64,000 nucleotides of DNA. Source: Patescibacteria group bacterium (GTDB lineage Bacteria > Patescibacteriota > Minisyncoccia > Phycocordibacterales > UBA12445). Shown here piece by piece: positions 36,202-46,037 of this stretch. The DNA lies in contig DOAO01000006.1 in assembly GCA_003504275.1 (NCBI GenBank), positions 66,588-130,587 on the forward strand. The letters are read 5' to 3'. The position numbers were made by a program, and so were the translations under genes. Under the pieces are notes generated by a model. It was not told the origin of the DNA. It ran no database searches and saw only the letters and a program-made list of their open reading frames with translations. Within the stretch, counting starts at the first letter, position 1, and each line of letters opens with the position of its first letter.

Positions 36202-36720
36202 TTAATCATAGGAGAATTCAATTTTCAGTTTTTTGTTTCTTTTTTCGTAAATTTTTCCCAGTTTCAATTTTCTTCTTTCTTTTTCTCTCCAGGTTTTTAC
36301 TTCTTTTGTATTGTTGGATTCTCTGCCCTGAATATCTTTTTCAAGTTCGGCGATAATTTTTCCCGCGTCGATTTCGTCAATATTTTCGAGAAGTTCTTTT
36401 ATGATTTTTTCATCCGAAGCGAGAGGAGCTTCGTCCATGATACAGACGATATCCCCATTTAGCAGATCCACTGCTAAGCGATAATACTGTTGATTGGGTC
36501 GGCAGTAATTTAAAATCCAATATCCGTCGGTGTAGGCTGCGCTATATAGGCTTAAATAACCACCTCTGCCGTCGGCTTCAAGGGCCAGATTTGGCACTAA
36601 TTGCCATAAATCTTTTTGGCTTCGGCAAAATTCTCTGATGGTTTCCGCAAGTTCCCTGCTTAGCTTTTTGGTCTTTTTCTCAACTTCTTTCTTATTTGTT
36701 TCCGGAAAATTATTTTTCAC
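36202..36720 (-). CDS. Hypothetical protein.
   Basis: 172-aa ORF with charged termini. No motif recognised. Confidence 0.5.
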   Translation of the reverse strand: MKNNFPETNKKEVEKKTKKLSRELAETIREFCRSQKDLWQLVPNLALEADGRGGYLSLYSAAYTDGYWILNYCRPNQQYYRLAVDLLNGDIVCIMDEAPLASDEKIIKELLENIDEIDAGKIIAELEKDIQGRESNNTKEVKTWREKERRKLKLGKIYEKRNKKLKIEFSYD

Positions 36721-36889
36721 TAAACACCATCTCCTTTTTTTTAATTTTTTAAAAATACTAATTATCTACCACTAAGCTAACATATAAGATAAAAATAATC
36801 AAAAGATTAGTTAAGACAAAATATGCAAGAAGAAGTGTCCTTGCATTTTTAATGAAATAATGTAATATTCTTCCCATATGGTAGTAAGA

Positions 36890-37096
36890 ATGAGACATAC
36901 GCGGGCTCACACCGCGAACAGGAGATCCCATCACGCTCTTAAAGGAGCGGGCCTTACAAAGTGCGTTAAGTGCGGGGCGATGACAAAGATGCATCAGGTT
37001 TGCCCGGCTTGCGGATACTATAAGGGTTCAGAAAAAGTGAACACGATGGCGAAGATCCAGAAGAAAAATAAGAAGGAGACAAAGAAGTCTAAGTAA
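36890..37096 (+). CDS. rpmF: 50S ribosomal protein L32 with a Lys-rich C-terminal tail. Alternative start at 36878.
   Basis: RRSHHAL motif, CxxC...CxxC zinc ribbon (CVKCG ... CPACG). Confidence 0.8.
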   Translation: MRHTRAHTANRRSHHALKGAGLTKCVKCGAMTKMHQVCPACGYYKGSEKVNTMAKIQKKNKKETKKSK

Positions 37097-37177
37097 TTTT
37101 AATTTTACGTAGAACTTTGTAGTCTGCCGGATTTTATTTGTATTGGGATTACCGGCACCCTGTAATTTTGAAATATT

Positions 37178-38080
37178 ATGGCCAATAGGCACCTAGCGAG
37201 AAGTATAGTTTTACAAACCCTTTTTGAGTGGGACTTCAATGGCTGTGATAATTCTAAATTAAGAGAAATTCTTCATAAAAATGTAGAGGAGTTCGGTCCT
37301 GGGTTGACCGACTTTTCTTTTATCGAATCACTTCTAGAGAGTGTTATTAATAAAATAGAGGCGATGGATTCTATTATTGTTAAAGCTGCTCCTGAGTGGC
37401 CAATAGATAGGATTTCAATAATAGATAGAAATGTTCTTAGAATGGGTCTCTATGAGCTTATTTTTGTTGATAAGGAAGAAGTACCTGCAAAAGTAGCCAT
37501 AAATGAAGCGATTGAACTCGCAAAGACTTTTGGAGGGGAAAGTAGCGGTAAATTTATAAATGGAGTTTTGGGAACTATATATAAGGAAATGGGTGAACCG
37601 GGTAAGGATGAAGTTTCCAGACCAAAGAAAAATAGCGCAGGTGTTGATGTCTCTAAGCTCCCAGTAGATAAATTGGGTGGCGCTGTTGTTTATGCGGTTA
37701 AGGATAATAAAATATATCTCGCATTGGTTCATGATGTGTTTGGATATTGGACCCTCTCCAAGGGGCATATAGAAGATGGAGAATCAGAGGAGGATGGTAC
37801 GAAGAGGGAAATTATGGAAGAGATAGGATTAGAAATAGAAATAGGAAAAAAGATTGGAGAGAATGAATATGTAGCGAATGACCCAGAGAGAGGTAAAATA
37901 AGAAAGAGTGTTTCTTATTTTTTGGGAAAAACAGATAAGGAGGAATTGAAACTCAGAGAATCTGGTGGGGGTTTGGATGATGCAAAATGGTTTGAGGCAG
38001 AAGAAATACTGGATCTTAAAATTTATAATGATATTGTTCCAATAATCACTGAGGCGATAAAAGAGATCTCTCTATTATAA
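37178..38080 (+). CDS. nusB: NusB transcription antitermination factor fused to a C-terminal NUDIX hydrolase domain.
   Basis: NusB-like N-terminus MANRHLARSIVLQTLFEWDF. Nudix box GHIEDGESEEDGTKREIMEEIGLEI (Gx5Ex7REUxEExGU). Confidence 0.8.
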   Translation: MANRHLARSIVLQTLFEWDFNGCDNSKLREILHKNVEEFGPGLTDFSFIESLLESVINKIEAMDSIIVKAAPEWPIDRISIIDRNVLRMGLYELIFVDKEEVPAKVAINEAIELAKTFGGESSGKFINGVLGTIYKEMGEPGKDEVSRPKKNSAGVDVSKLPVDKLGGAVVYAVKDNKIYLALVHDVFGYWTLSKGHIEDGESEEDGTKREIMEEIGLEIEIGKKIGENEYVANDPERGKIRKSVSYFLGKTDKEELKLRESGGGLDDAKWFEAEEILDLKIYNDIVPIITEAIKEISLL

Positions 38081-38094
38081 ATAAATTTAGATAG

Positions 38095-38802
38095 ATGAAA
38101 TTTATGAATATTCCGGATTTTTCTAAATTTGAAAAAAAATTAGCGATAGATTTTAAGAATAAATCTCTGCTTAAGCAGGCTTTTACCCATCGTTCATATA
38201 TAAACGAAAACAAAGGCAGTGGTCTTTTTCATAATGAGAGACTAGAATTTCTTGGTGACGCCGTATTAGAGCTCGTTATAACTGAATTTTTGTTTAATAA
38301 GTTTCCAGATAAACAGGAGGGTGAGCTTACTAGCTTACGCGCCGCTCTCGTAAATACTGTTACAATATCAAAAGTGGCGGGGGATATTGGTATGAATGAT
38401 TTCTTGCTTTTATCCAAGGGAGAATCTAAAGATACGGGCAGAGCAAGGCAAGTTATTTTGGCGAACACCTTTGAAGCCTTTATTGGTGCAATATATTTGG
38501 ATCAGGGGTATGAATTAGCAAAGAAATTTGTTTCTGATAATCTTTTTCCAGAATTAAATATTATTGTTGAGAAGTCTCTTTGGAAAGACTCCAAAAGCGC
38601 CTTTCAAGAAAAGGCCCAAGAGCTACTGAGTATTACCCCTGTGTATAAGACTATTAACGAGACAGGACCTGATCATAATAAAATATTTACAGTAGGCTTA
38701 TTTCTTGGAGAAGAGCAGTTGTCTGAAGGAAAAGGACACTCTAAACAAGAAGCACAAGAAGATGCTGCTAAGATTGGTTTAAAAAAACGGGGTTGGCAGT
38801 AA
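38095..38802 (+). CDS. rnc: Ribonuclease III.
   Basis: ERLEFLGDAVLELVITEFLF signature. C-terminal dsRBD. Confidence 0.9.
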   Translation: MKFMNIPDFSKFEKKLAIDFKNKSLLKQAFTHRSYINENKGSGLFHNERLEFLGDAVLELVITEFLFNKFPDKQEGELTSLRAALVNTVTISKVAGDIGMNDFLLLSKGESKDTGRARQVILANTFEAFIGAIYLDQGYELAKKFVSDNLFPELNIIVEKSLWKDSKSAFQEKAQELLSITPVYKTINETGPDHNKIFTVGLFLGEEQLSEGKGHSKQEAQEDAAKIGLKKRGWQ

Positions 38803-39012
38803 AGATTAACGGTTGGATTTGTGTTGTAATATAAAAACAAAGACCAATTACTTGAAGTGGCTTTCTTTAATTTATCACTGTTTTATATGATTAACTTCTC
38901 GTTAAATTCCAATATATTTTTCTTGGAGGTGGGTTGCTTGACTTATTCTCTTATCTAAGTAGAATGACGTTATTGACGATTTTAATAATATATTATCACC
39001 TATAAAAGAATC

Positions 39013-40050
39013 ATGTCTAAGCAACACAAACTAACGTTTAATCCAAAGAAAGTAACCAAAGATCTGTTGGGAGTTTTGCCGATAAGGGCCAGAGACATAA
39101 TAAAGAAAAGATATGGACTTGACTCTGTTTCTGGTGGAATGACTTTGGAGGCTATTGGAGAGACATACGGTATTACCAGGGAGAGGGTTAGACAGATTGA
39201 AAATTTTGCTCTGAATTCCATTAGAAAATCTGATGCTTACACAACGAACGTTGTTTCTTTCGACGAATTAAGGAAGCATATGGATGAATACGGCGGAGTT
39301 GTTCATGAGCAGGATTTCTTGGATCATCTTACCTCTGACAAAGAACTTCAAAATCATGTCAGTTTCTATTTAGAACTTGGAAATGATTTTATTAAATTAA
39401 AAGAAGATGAAGAATTCTCTCACAGATGGACCATTGATGAAGGGCTGAGTAAAAAGGTTCATGACTCATTAAAAAAACTTTACGAAAGTCTTTCAGAAGA
39501 TGATCTTATTTCAGAGAGTGAGATGATAATAAAATTCCTCGATCATTTGGAGGATACTGTTAAGGATATAAGAAACGAAGAACTTGCTAAGAGGTGGATT
39601 AAGATGTCTAAAAAGATAGGAAAGAATGCTCTCGGAGAGTGGGGTGTCGCTCACTCACCAAATATTAGAGTGAGGGGGATTAGAGATCTTGCTTATTTAG
39701 TTTTGAGGAAGCATGGTTCCCCAATGCATTTTAGAGAGGTTGCCAAGGCAATAAAGCAGATATTCGGCAAGAATGCTAACGAAGCAACATGTCATAATGA
39801 GCTTATAAAAGACAAGAGATTTGTGTTGGTTGGACGAGGCCTTTATGCGCTTTCTAAGTGGGGATATAGTCAAGGAACAGTTCGTGATATAATAAAGACT
39901 ATAATAAAAGATAAGGGCCCACAGTCCAGAGATGAAATATTAAAGAAGGTTTTAAGGGAGAGGTACATAAAGGAAAATACTGTTTTGGTAAATCTCCAAA
40001 ATAAAAAATATTTCAAGAAGGACAAAAACGGCAAATATTTGATCGTATGA
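39013..40050 (+). CDS. Protein with an N-terminal sigma-70 region-4-like HTH and a C-terminal HARE-HTH domain (as in the RNA polymerase delta subunit N-terminus).
   Basis: LEAIGETYGITRERVRQIENFALNSIRK is sigma region 4-like. HGSPMHFREVAKAIKQIF...DKRFVLVGRGLYALSKWGY matches the HARE-HTH pattern. Confidence 0.55.
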   Translation: MSKQHKLTFNPKKVTKDLLGVLPIRARDIIKKRYGLDSVSGGMTLEAIGETYGITRERVRQIENFALNSIRKSDAYTTNVVSFDELRKHMDEYGGVVHEQDFLDHLTSDKELQNHVSFYLELGNDFIKLKEDEEFSHRWTIDEGLSKKVHDSLKKLYESLSEDDLISESEMIIKFLDHLEDTVKDIRNEELAKRWIKMSKKIGKNALGEWGVAHSPNIRVRGIRDLAYLVLRKHGSPMHFREVAKAIKQIFGKNANEATCHNELIKDKRFVLVGRGLYALSKWGYSQGTVRDIIKTIIKDKGPQSRDEILKKVLRERYIKENTVLVNLQNKKYFKKDKNGKYLIV

Positions 40051-41273
40051 TCCCAGAAATTTTGATTCAATTTTTTAAACCTGTAGGCGGGGTGCTGATT
40101 CAGGCTTTTTCTTTCGCTCTACCGTTTCTCACTATTATTTTAGCTTGGAGCTCGTGGCGCCATTATATTGTTAAAAGTTTTATTTCTAAGGCGGAATGGG
40201 TAATGCTTGAAATAAGACTACCAAAGGAACACCAAAAAACACCACTAGCAATGGAGGTGGTTTTGGGGGCTTTTCATCAATTTCCAACACCGCCCACTTG
40301 GTATGACTATTGGTGGTTAGGTAAAGTTCCGCTTTGGTTTTCTCTTGAACTCGTTTCAATAAATGGCAAAGTACATTTTTTCTTGAGGATACAGAAAGGA
40401 CAAAAAAGTATAATTGAAAATCATATATATTCTCAATATCCACAAGTTGAATTACACCAAGTTCCAGATTATGTCGGAGCTGTTAATTTTGATGCTCCCG
40501 AATCTGACTGGAAAATGTTTGGAATGGAGCATGTCTTAGTAAGAGAGGATGCTTATCCTATAAAGACTTATATTGATTATGGATTAGATAGAGAACTTCT
40601 AAAAGAGGAACAAAAAGTTGATCCAATAACTTCAACTATTGAATTTCTGGGTTCCCTTGGGGAAGGTGAGCAGGCTTGGATACAAATAATCATAATGGCT
40701 GCCCAGGCAAGATTTCCAAAGCCGGGTACATGGTTTCAAAAAGAGGATTGGAAGGGAAATGCAAAAGAGCTTATCAAAAAGATAATGAAGCGAGATGCGC
40801 CTGGCTCTGGTCCCAGCGCACTGTCTCCAGGAGAAAGATCCACTGTGGAAGCTATAGAGAGAAGTATGTCTAAGCTCGGTTTTGATTGTGGAATAAGAAC
40901 GCTTTATCTTGCAAGTGGAAAGGATAAAGAAGGAAAACATAGGTTTAATCCGGGAAATATATCATCTCTTTTTGCTACATTTAGACAATATGGTTCCGTG
41001 ACTTTGAATAGTTTTAAGCCAACAAGAATCACTCAATTTAATTGGTGGGTTGATCCTTTCGGCTGGAGAGTGGCTAGGATAAAGAGAGAATTATTTGAGG
41101 CCTATGTTAATAGGGGTTATTTTTATAGACCACACAATAAAGTCCCGCCATTTGTTTTAAGTACCGAAGAATTGGCTACGATATATCACTTCCCAGGAGC
41201 GGTATCTGTCACTCCGACATTTAGTAGAATTGAGTCAAAGAGGTCTGAAGCTCCTGTTAATCTTCCTATTTAA
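40047..41273 (+). CDS. Hypothetical membrane protein, translationally coupled to the preceding gene by a 4-nt ATGA overlap.
   Basis: 408-aa ORF with an N-terminal transmembrane helix. No motif recognised. Confidence 0.55.
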   Translation: MIPEILIQFFKPVGGVLIQAFSFALPFLTIILAWSSWRHYIVKSFISKAEWVMLEIRLPKEHQKTPLAMEVVLGAFHQFPTPPTWYDYWWLGKVPLWFSLELVSINGKVHFFLRIQKGQKSIIENHIYSQYPQVELHQVPDYVGAVNFDAPESDWKMFGMEHVLVREDAYPIKTYIDYGLDRELLKEEQKVDPITSTIEFLGSLGEGEQAWIQIIIMAAQARFPKPGTWFQKEDWKGNAKELIKKIMKRDAPGSGPSALSPGERSTVEAIERSMSKLGFDCGIRTLYLASGKDKEGKHRFNPGNISSLFATFRQYGSVTLNSFKPTRITQFNWWVDPFGWRVARIKRELFEAYVNRGYFYRPHNKVPPFVLSTEELATIYHFPGAVSVTPTFSRIESKRSEAPVNLPI

Positions 41274-41288
41274 TCCCATTAGTTTTCT

Positions 41289-41382
41289 TGTCATTGCGAA
41301 CGAAGTGAAGCAATCCAGATTGTGTTGTAAAAAAAGCTAGATTGCCACGTGCTTCGGCTAAGACGCCTCGCCCTCGCAATGA
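41289..41382. repeat. Family B MITE-like element (GTCATTGCGA ... TCGCAATGAC).
   Basis: GTCATTGCGAACGAAGTGAAGCAATCCAG...CTAGATTGCCACG...CCTCGCAATGAC. Confidence 0.7.
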
Positions 41383-41425
41383 CGATAAGGAGAATACGCT
41401 ATTTATAATTTTTAATTCTTAAAAA

Positions 41426-42481
41426 GTGCACCCTAATTTATCTAATATCTTAATGTTAAGAATGGAGCTCGAAGAACCTGGTGGGTTTAGGGGCGAGAAT
41501 GTTTCTATGCCCCAAAATAAATTTCATTTTGAAGATAAAAAGAGAAAATTTTTATTATTTATCATAACTATTTTTATCGCACTTTATGCGATAAATTATT
41601 TTTTATTTTCCGCACCGTTTGAACATCCGAGAGGTACTAAGTTTACTATTTCCTCCGGTATGACAATTTCTGAAGCAGGTGAGTATCTGAAGAAGCATGA
41701 CATAATTAGGTCTCCAATCGCCTTTAAGGCCCTCGTTTATATAATAGGAGGGAGAAGTGGGGTGATTGCCGGAAGCTACTTTATAGAGAATCCTGTCTCT
41801 GTCGCTAGAATAGCTATGATGGTAACGACAAACGGATATGGAATAAAAATGTATAAGGTTACTATTCCTGAAGGTCTTTCAAATAAACAAATAGGGGATT
41901 TACTTGAGAAAAATTTAGATAATTTTGATAAGGCGAAGTTTTTGAAATTGGCAAAAGATAAAGAAGGTTATCTATTCCCTGATTCTTATTTCTTTGAGCC
42001 TGATTCAACGCCAGAGAAGGTTATACAGATGATGAACGATAATTTTAAAGAGAGAATTAAACTGATAAATATTGATCTCGCTTTCTTTAATAAACCGCTG
42101 AAGGATGTGATAATAATGGCGTCAATTTTGGAAGAAGAAGCTCGTACGGAGAATACCAGGAGAATGATAGCTGATATATTGTGGAGGAGAATTGAAAAGG
42201 GGATGCCACTTCAAGTAGATGCTTCTTTCGTATATTTACTTGGTAAGGGTAGTGCGGAATTAACATTGGACGAGCTTAAAATGGACTCCCCATACAACAC
42301 ATATAAATATAAGGGATTACCTCCAGGTCCCATAACAAATCCCGGTCTTGCCTCTATTTTGGCCGCTACAAAGCCTCTAAGGAACAAATACTGGTTCTAT
42401 CTTTCTGATAAAGAAGGAAATATGCATTACGCTGTGACTTTTGAGGAGCACAAGGCAAATAAGGCGAAATACATAGACTAA
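41426..42481 (+). CDS. mltG: Endolytic murein transglycosylase MltG (YceG family).
   Basis: N-terminal transmembrane helix. YNTYKYKGLPPGPITNPG signature. Confidence 0.85.
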   Translation: MHPNLSNILMLRMELEEPGGFRGENVSMPQNKFHFEDKKRKFLLFIITIFIALYAINYFLFSAPFEHPRGTKFTISSGMTISEAGEYLKKHDIIRSPIAFKALVYIIGGRSGVIAGSYFIENPVSVARIAMMVTTNGYGIKMYKVTIPEGLSNKQIGDLLEKNLDNFDKAKFLKLAKDKEGYLFPDSYFFEPDSTPEKVIQMMNDNFKERIKLINIDLAFFNKPLKDVIIMASILEEEARTENTRRMIADILWRRIEKGMPLQVDASFVYLLGKGSAELTLDELKMDSPYNTYKYKGLPPGPITNPGLASILAATKPLRNKYWFYLSDKEGNMHYAVTFEEHKANKAKYID

Positions 42482-42502
42482 TTTTTATCGCTTCTTTTTG
42501 CC

Positions 42503-42614
42503 GTCATTGCGAGATCGACGGAGATTAACGTCGACAGCCGATGGGGATTAACATCGGCACTTGTAGACAGCCCGTAGACGGCCGAGGCGTCCTAGCCGAG
42601 TTGTGGCAATCCAG
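42503..42614. repeat. Family B element half-copy (GTCATTGCGAG ... GTGGCAATCCAG).
   Basis: Shares the left terminus and the CAATCCAG with the other copies. Contains GAGGCGTCCTAGCCGAG, which is also found inside mnmA. Confidence 0.65.
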
Positions 42615-42695
42615 TTTTTAAAGTAATAATCATTTTGTTTTTATCACCATATGAAGTAAAATATCCTCATAGTCATTAGGAGAATATTTTTATAT

Positions 42696-43709
42696 ATGAA
42701 AATTGCAATAAATGGTTTTGGAAGAATTGGAAGACAGTTTTTAAAAATTGCTCTTAACGATCCGACATTGGAAATCGTCGCAATAAACGACCTCGGTGAA
42801 CTTTCCAATCTCGCTTACCTTTTGGAATTTGATAGCGTTTATCGCGGATATGATAAAAAAGTTGAAACGAAAGATGGTAATTTAGTTGTTGATGGAAAAA
42901 TAATAAAATTCCTTCAAGAGCCAGAGCCGATGAAACTTCCTTGGAGAGATTTGGGAATTGATGTTGTTGTTGAGTGTACCGGCAGGTTTACATCTTCCGA
43001 CACAGCTAAAGTGCATTTAGATGCCGGAGCAAAGAGAGTTGTGATATCGGCTCCCGCAAAAGATGACGCGACACCAACCTGTACACCAAATGTAAATGTA
43101 AGTGCGCTTACTGGTTCAAAGATAACCTCAAATGCTTCTTGTACAAGTAACTCTATAATTCCTATAGCCTCAATACTTGGCGCTAAGCCTGGAATAAAAT
43201 ATTCCCTTATAAATACTGTTCATGGATATACAGCCGAGCAGTCTCTCGTAGATGGTCCGATGCCGAAGCTCCATAAAGATTTTAGAAGAGGAAGAGCTGC
43301 TGCTCAGAATATAGTGCCGACAACAAGCGGTGCTGCTAGTGCAGTTGGCAAGACAATACCTTCTATGGTGGGAAAGTTCGATGGTATGGCTCTTCGTGTA
43401 CCTGTTCCTGCTGGTTCAATTCTTGATTTTACATTTATTGCCGAGAACAAAACTTCCGTCGAAGAGATAAACGCTATTTTGATAGAAGCTTCAGGAAAGC
43501 CAGAGTGGCAGGGTATATTTACTGTCACAGATAAGCCGATCGTATCATCTGATATCCTCGGTAGTCCATACGGTTCTATTGTAGATTTGAATCTAACGAA
43601 AGTGGTGGGAGGGGAGTTGGTGAAAGTGATGGCGTGGTATGACAATGAATGGGGATACGCAAGTATGCTCGTAAAGCATGTATTGTCATTAAAGGACTTG
43701 CTTGATTAG
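42696..43709 (+). CDS. gap: Glyceraldehyde-3-phosphate dehydrogenase.
   Basis: MKIAINGFGRIGR; SNASCTSN catalytic Cys; WYDNEWGY. Confidence 0.9.
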   Translation: MKIAINGFGRIGRQFLKIALNDPTLEIVAINDLGELSNLAYLLEFDSVYRGYDKKVETKDGNLVVDGKIIKFLQEPEPMKLPWRDLGIDVVVECTGRFTSSDTAKVHLDAGAKRVVISAPAKDDATPTCTPNVNVSALTGSKITSNASCTSNSIIPIASILGAKPGIKYSLINTVHGYTAEQSLVDGPMPKLHKDFRRGRAAAQNIVPTTSGAASAVGKTIPSMVGKFDGMALRVPVPAGSILDFTFIAENKTSVEEINAILIEASGKPEWQGIFTVTDKPIVSSDILGSPYGSIVDLNLTKVVGGELVKVMAWYDNEWGYASMLVKHVLSLKDLLD

Positions 43710-43725
43710 TAAAAAAAATAAAAAA

Positions 43726-43752
43726 TCCCCACTTATTGTGGGGATTTTTTCT
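43726..43752. terminator. Bidirectional rho-independent terminator.
   Basis: ATCCCCACTTATTGTGGGGAT hairpin flanked by an A-run and a T-run. Confidence 0.7.
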
Positions 43753-43815
43753 CTGTCCCGTAGTGTAATTTGGCAATTTTTTGGCGATAGCCGTTGCCAA
43801 ATTCTACTACCGGGA

Positions 43816-44265
43816 TTATTTAGCTGTGATTTTCTTATAGCATGACCAATGATTTTCTTTATCGTTGGCGAGAGCCCAAATGGCTAATTTGATATTGTCT
43901 TCAGGGTTGTAGTAGTCCAATTTTTCTCCCTTGAGCCTTGAGAACATTTCAAAGGTTGGTTTGTGGAATTGATAAACTCCATAAGCCTTACCATTGTCTC
44001 CACGGGCGTTTGGTACGTAGTTTGATTCACAGTACGCAATAGCCCTTGCCATCTTCTCGGAATAATTAAATTCTTTTGAATATTTTTTTATTAGGCTTAA
44101 TACACATTCTTTTTCTTTTGCATCACATTCTACCACTACCATATCTACAGGGGAGATGGCATCGCTTTCAATTATCTTCAACATATCCGTAGTTACCGGA
44201 ACAGTTGTAGAAGATATCAAAAACATAGTACCGACTACAGTGTTTGTGAATAATGCTGTTAACAT
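43816..44265 (-). CDS. Membrane-anchored lytic transglycosylase (SLT-domain)-like protein.
   Basis: ARAIAYCESNY...GVYQF (E-S...GxxQ motif). N-terminal transmembrane helix. Confidence 0.55.
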   Translation of the reverse strand: MLTALFTNTVVGTMFLISSTTVPVTTDMLKIIESDAISPVDMVVVECDAKEKECVLSLIKKYSKEFNYSEKMARAIAYCESNYVPNARGDNGKAYGVYQFHKPTFEMFSRLKGEKLDYYNPEDNIKLAIWALANDKENHWSCYKKITAK

Positions 44266-44516
44266 AATTTATTGTTAATTGATTTTCATCCTTGTTCTCT
44301 AAAGAGGTTTTGGACGACTAGCCCTCTAACCCTCTTTTGCCTTTCAGCCCTAAAATTAATACTATTTAAAGAAAAAATCCGTACTTTCGTATGAATTTTC
44401 TCGTTCTATGATTCTATCATATCAAGGATTAAATGTCAAGCTTTTTATTGGTAAAAAGGACATAAAAGGGTGGCTTAGGTTAAGTTAAAATACCCTTAAA
44501 AATCAAGTTAATAATA

Positions 44517-44545
44517 GGATAAAACCACCCGATTGGGGGTGGTCT
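44517..44545 (-). terminator. Putative terminator hairpin after sodA.
   Basis: ACCACCCGATTGGGGGTGGT stem. The T-run on the minus strand is weak. Confidence 0.35.
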
Positions 44546-44560
44546 TTATAAACTAAAAAT

Positions 44561-45136
44561 TTAGAACCTATTTTCTATCTTGGGCCAGTTTAGATTTGAG
44601 AGATAGGCTTCAATATACTCTTTTCTTTGTGAGGGCAAATAATCAAAAAGAAAGGCGTGTTCCCAGACGTCTAGTGCAATGAGAATCTTGAGTCCTGCGA
44701 GGTGTCCGATCTCGTGACTGCTTACCCAAACACTAAAGAATCTTTTTATTTCTTCGTCGTAGTAGAGAATGGCCCATCCGGTACCTCGCATCATCGCTGT
44801 CGCCTTGAAGTCTTTTAGCCAATTTTCAAAGCTCCCATACTGAGAAGCAAGGGCGGATTTTAATTTTCCATCTTCTGTAATGACGCCGTTTCCTCCAAGA
44901 TCGCCAAAATAGAAGTCGTGTAATCTCATCCCGTTAAACTCAAATCCAATTCTTCTCTTTAGCTCGGCTATTATGTATGCATCAGCGTTTGCGTCCATCC
45001 GCATCTTCTCTAGCTTTTCGTTGAGACTGTTAATATTTTTAACATATCCTGCGTACAGTTTAATGTGCTCGGAAATCTGTTTTTCAGATAATCCCGGTAG
45101 GCTTGTTAGTCCAAAATTTTTTTCTGGATATATCAT
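44561..45136 (-). CDS. sodA: Fe/Mn superoxide dismutase.
   Basis: HDFYF and the DVWEHAF metal-ligand motif. Confidence 0.9.
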   Translation of the reverse strand: MIYPEKNFGLTSLPGLSEKQISEHIKLYAGYVKNINSLNEKLEKMRMDANADAYIIAELKRRIGFEFNGMRLHDFYFGDLGGNGVITEDGKLKSALASQYGSFENWLKDFKATAMMRGTGWAILYYDEEIKRFFSVWVSSHEIGHLAGLKILIALDVWEHAFLFDYLPSQRKEYIEAYLSNLNWPKIENRF

Positions 45137-45199
45137 ATTTTTCTGTTTAGTTATATTTTAATAATGTTTAAATATTATCATATCTAAACATTATTAAAA

Positions 45200-45236
45200 T
45201 ATAAAAATACCCACTTTTGAAAGTGGGTATTTTGAA
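45200..45236. terminator. Bidirectional rho-independent terminator.
   Basis: ACCCACTTTTGAAAGTGGGT hairpin with A/T runs on both sides. Confidence 0.65.
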
Positions 45237-45254
45237 TTGGTAAAGATTGTTTGT

Positions 45255-45938
45255 TTATTTATTTGGGAAACAGCTTCTACATGCGTCTTGGGCTTGTCCG
45301 GCCGGTACATAAGAACAGCTAGGGACAGAGCTAAACATAGAGCAATCTACACTAGGCGCACCGGAAGGTGCTGATCCGACCCCTGTTTCAGGTGGCACGA
45401 CGCCAGTGCTCGGAGGTGCGGAGATTTCACCCATATCAGTAGGTGCACCTGTCTGCGTAGGTATTGTTGGGATAGTGATATTCGGAGGAATGCTTCCGCC
45501 GGTCGGGATGGAGGGAATGGAGATTTGTGGCATCATGTTTGAGAGGTTTGGTGTACCAAGATTTATATTACTTGCTTTTACAACAGATACTTCGGTGTTG
45601 AAGTTAGTATTAAAGTCTCCAAGCTTAGGAGTGGCAATTTCTGGCATACGGAGGTTAAGCGCATTTAATTCAAGTTTTGGGAGAGGCGATACTGACACGT
45701 CAAAATCAGTACTTTCTATTGAGAGATTATCTAGCGCCTCCTCTTTTGTTTCTCCGCCGAGTATATTTTCTCTGACAGAATCTACGCTAATAGGTTTACC
45801 CTTAACCGCTAAATATGTTACCCCTCCGCCTCCTGCCAACAGCGCCACAATGAGGATAATTATAAGCGGAGCAATACCCCTCTTTAGATTATCTGTTTTC
45901 ACTCTCCCAAATTTTTCTTTGTTAATTTTTGTGTTCAT
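45255..45938 (-). CDS. Membrane-anchored Pro/Thr-rich repeat protein (surface protein, hypothetical).
   Basis: N-terminal transmembrane helix. IPSIPTGGSIPPNITIPTIPT low-complexity stretch. C-terminal Cys cluster. Confidence 0.5.
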   Translation of the reverse strand: MNTKINKEKFGRVKTDNLKRGIAPLIIILIVALLAGGGGVTYLAVKGKPISVDSVRENILGGETKEEALDNLSIESTDFDVSVSPLPKLELNALNLRMPEIATPKLGDFNTNFNTEVSVVKASNINLGTPNLSNMMPQISIPSIPTGGSIPPNITIPTIPTQTGAPTDMGEISAPPSTGVVPPETGVGSAPSGAPSVDCSMFSSVPSCSYVPAGQAQDACRSCFPNK

Positions 45939-45987
45939 ATGATTATTTTTTCCGTTATTTAGTTTTTACTCGTCCAATATCTTTTTA

Positions 45988-46011
45988 TAAAAATTTAGGC
46001 GGGTAAATTTT
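45988..46011 (-). promoter_or_regulatory. Recurrent motif occurrence (TTTACCCGCCTAAATTTTT on the minus strand) about 47 nt upstream of the start of gene 45255..45938.
   Basis: Near-identical to the TTTACCCGCCAAAATTTTTT motif upstream of uvrA. Confidence 0.3.
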
Positions 46012-46037
46012 ATTTTTCATTATTTTGGTGTTGAAAA

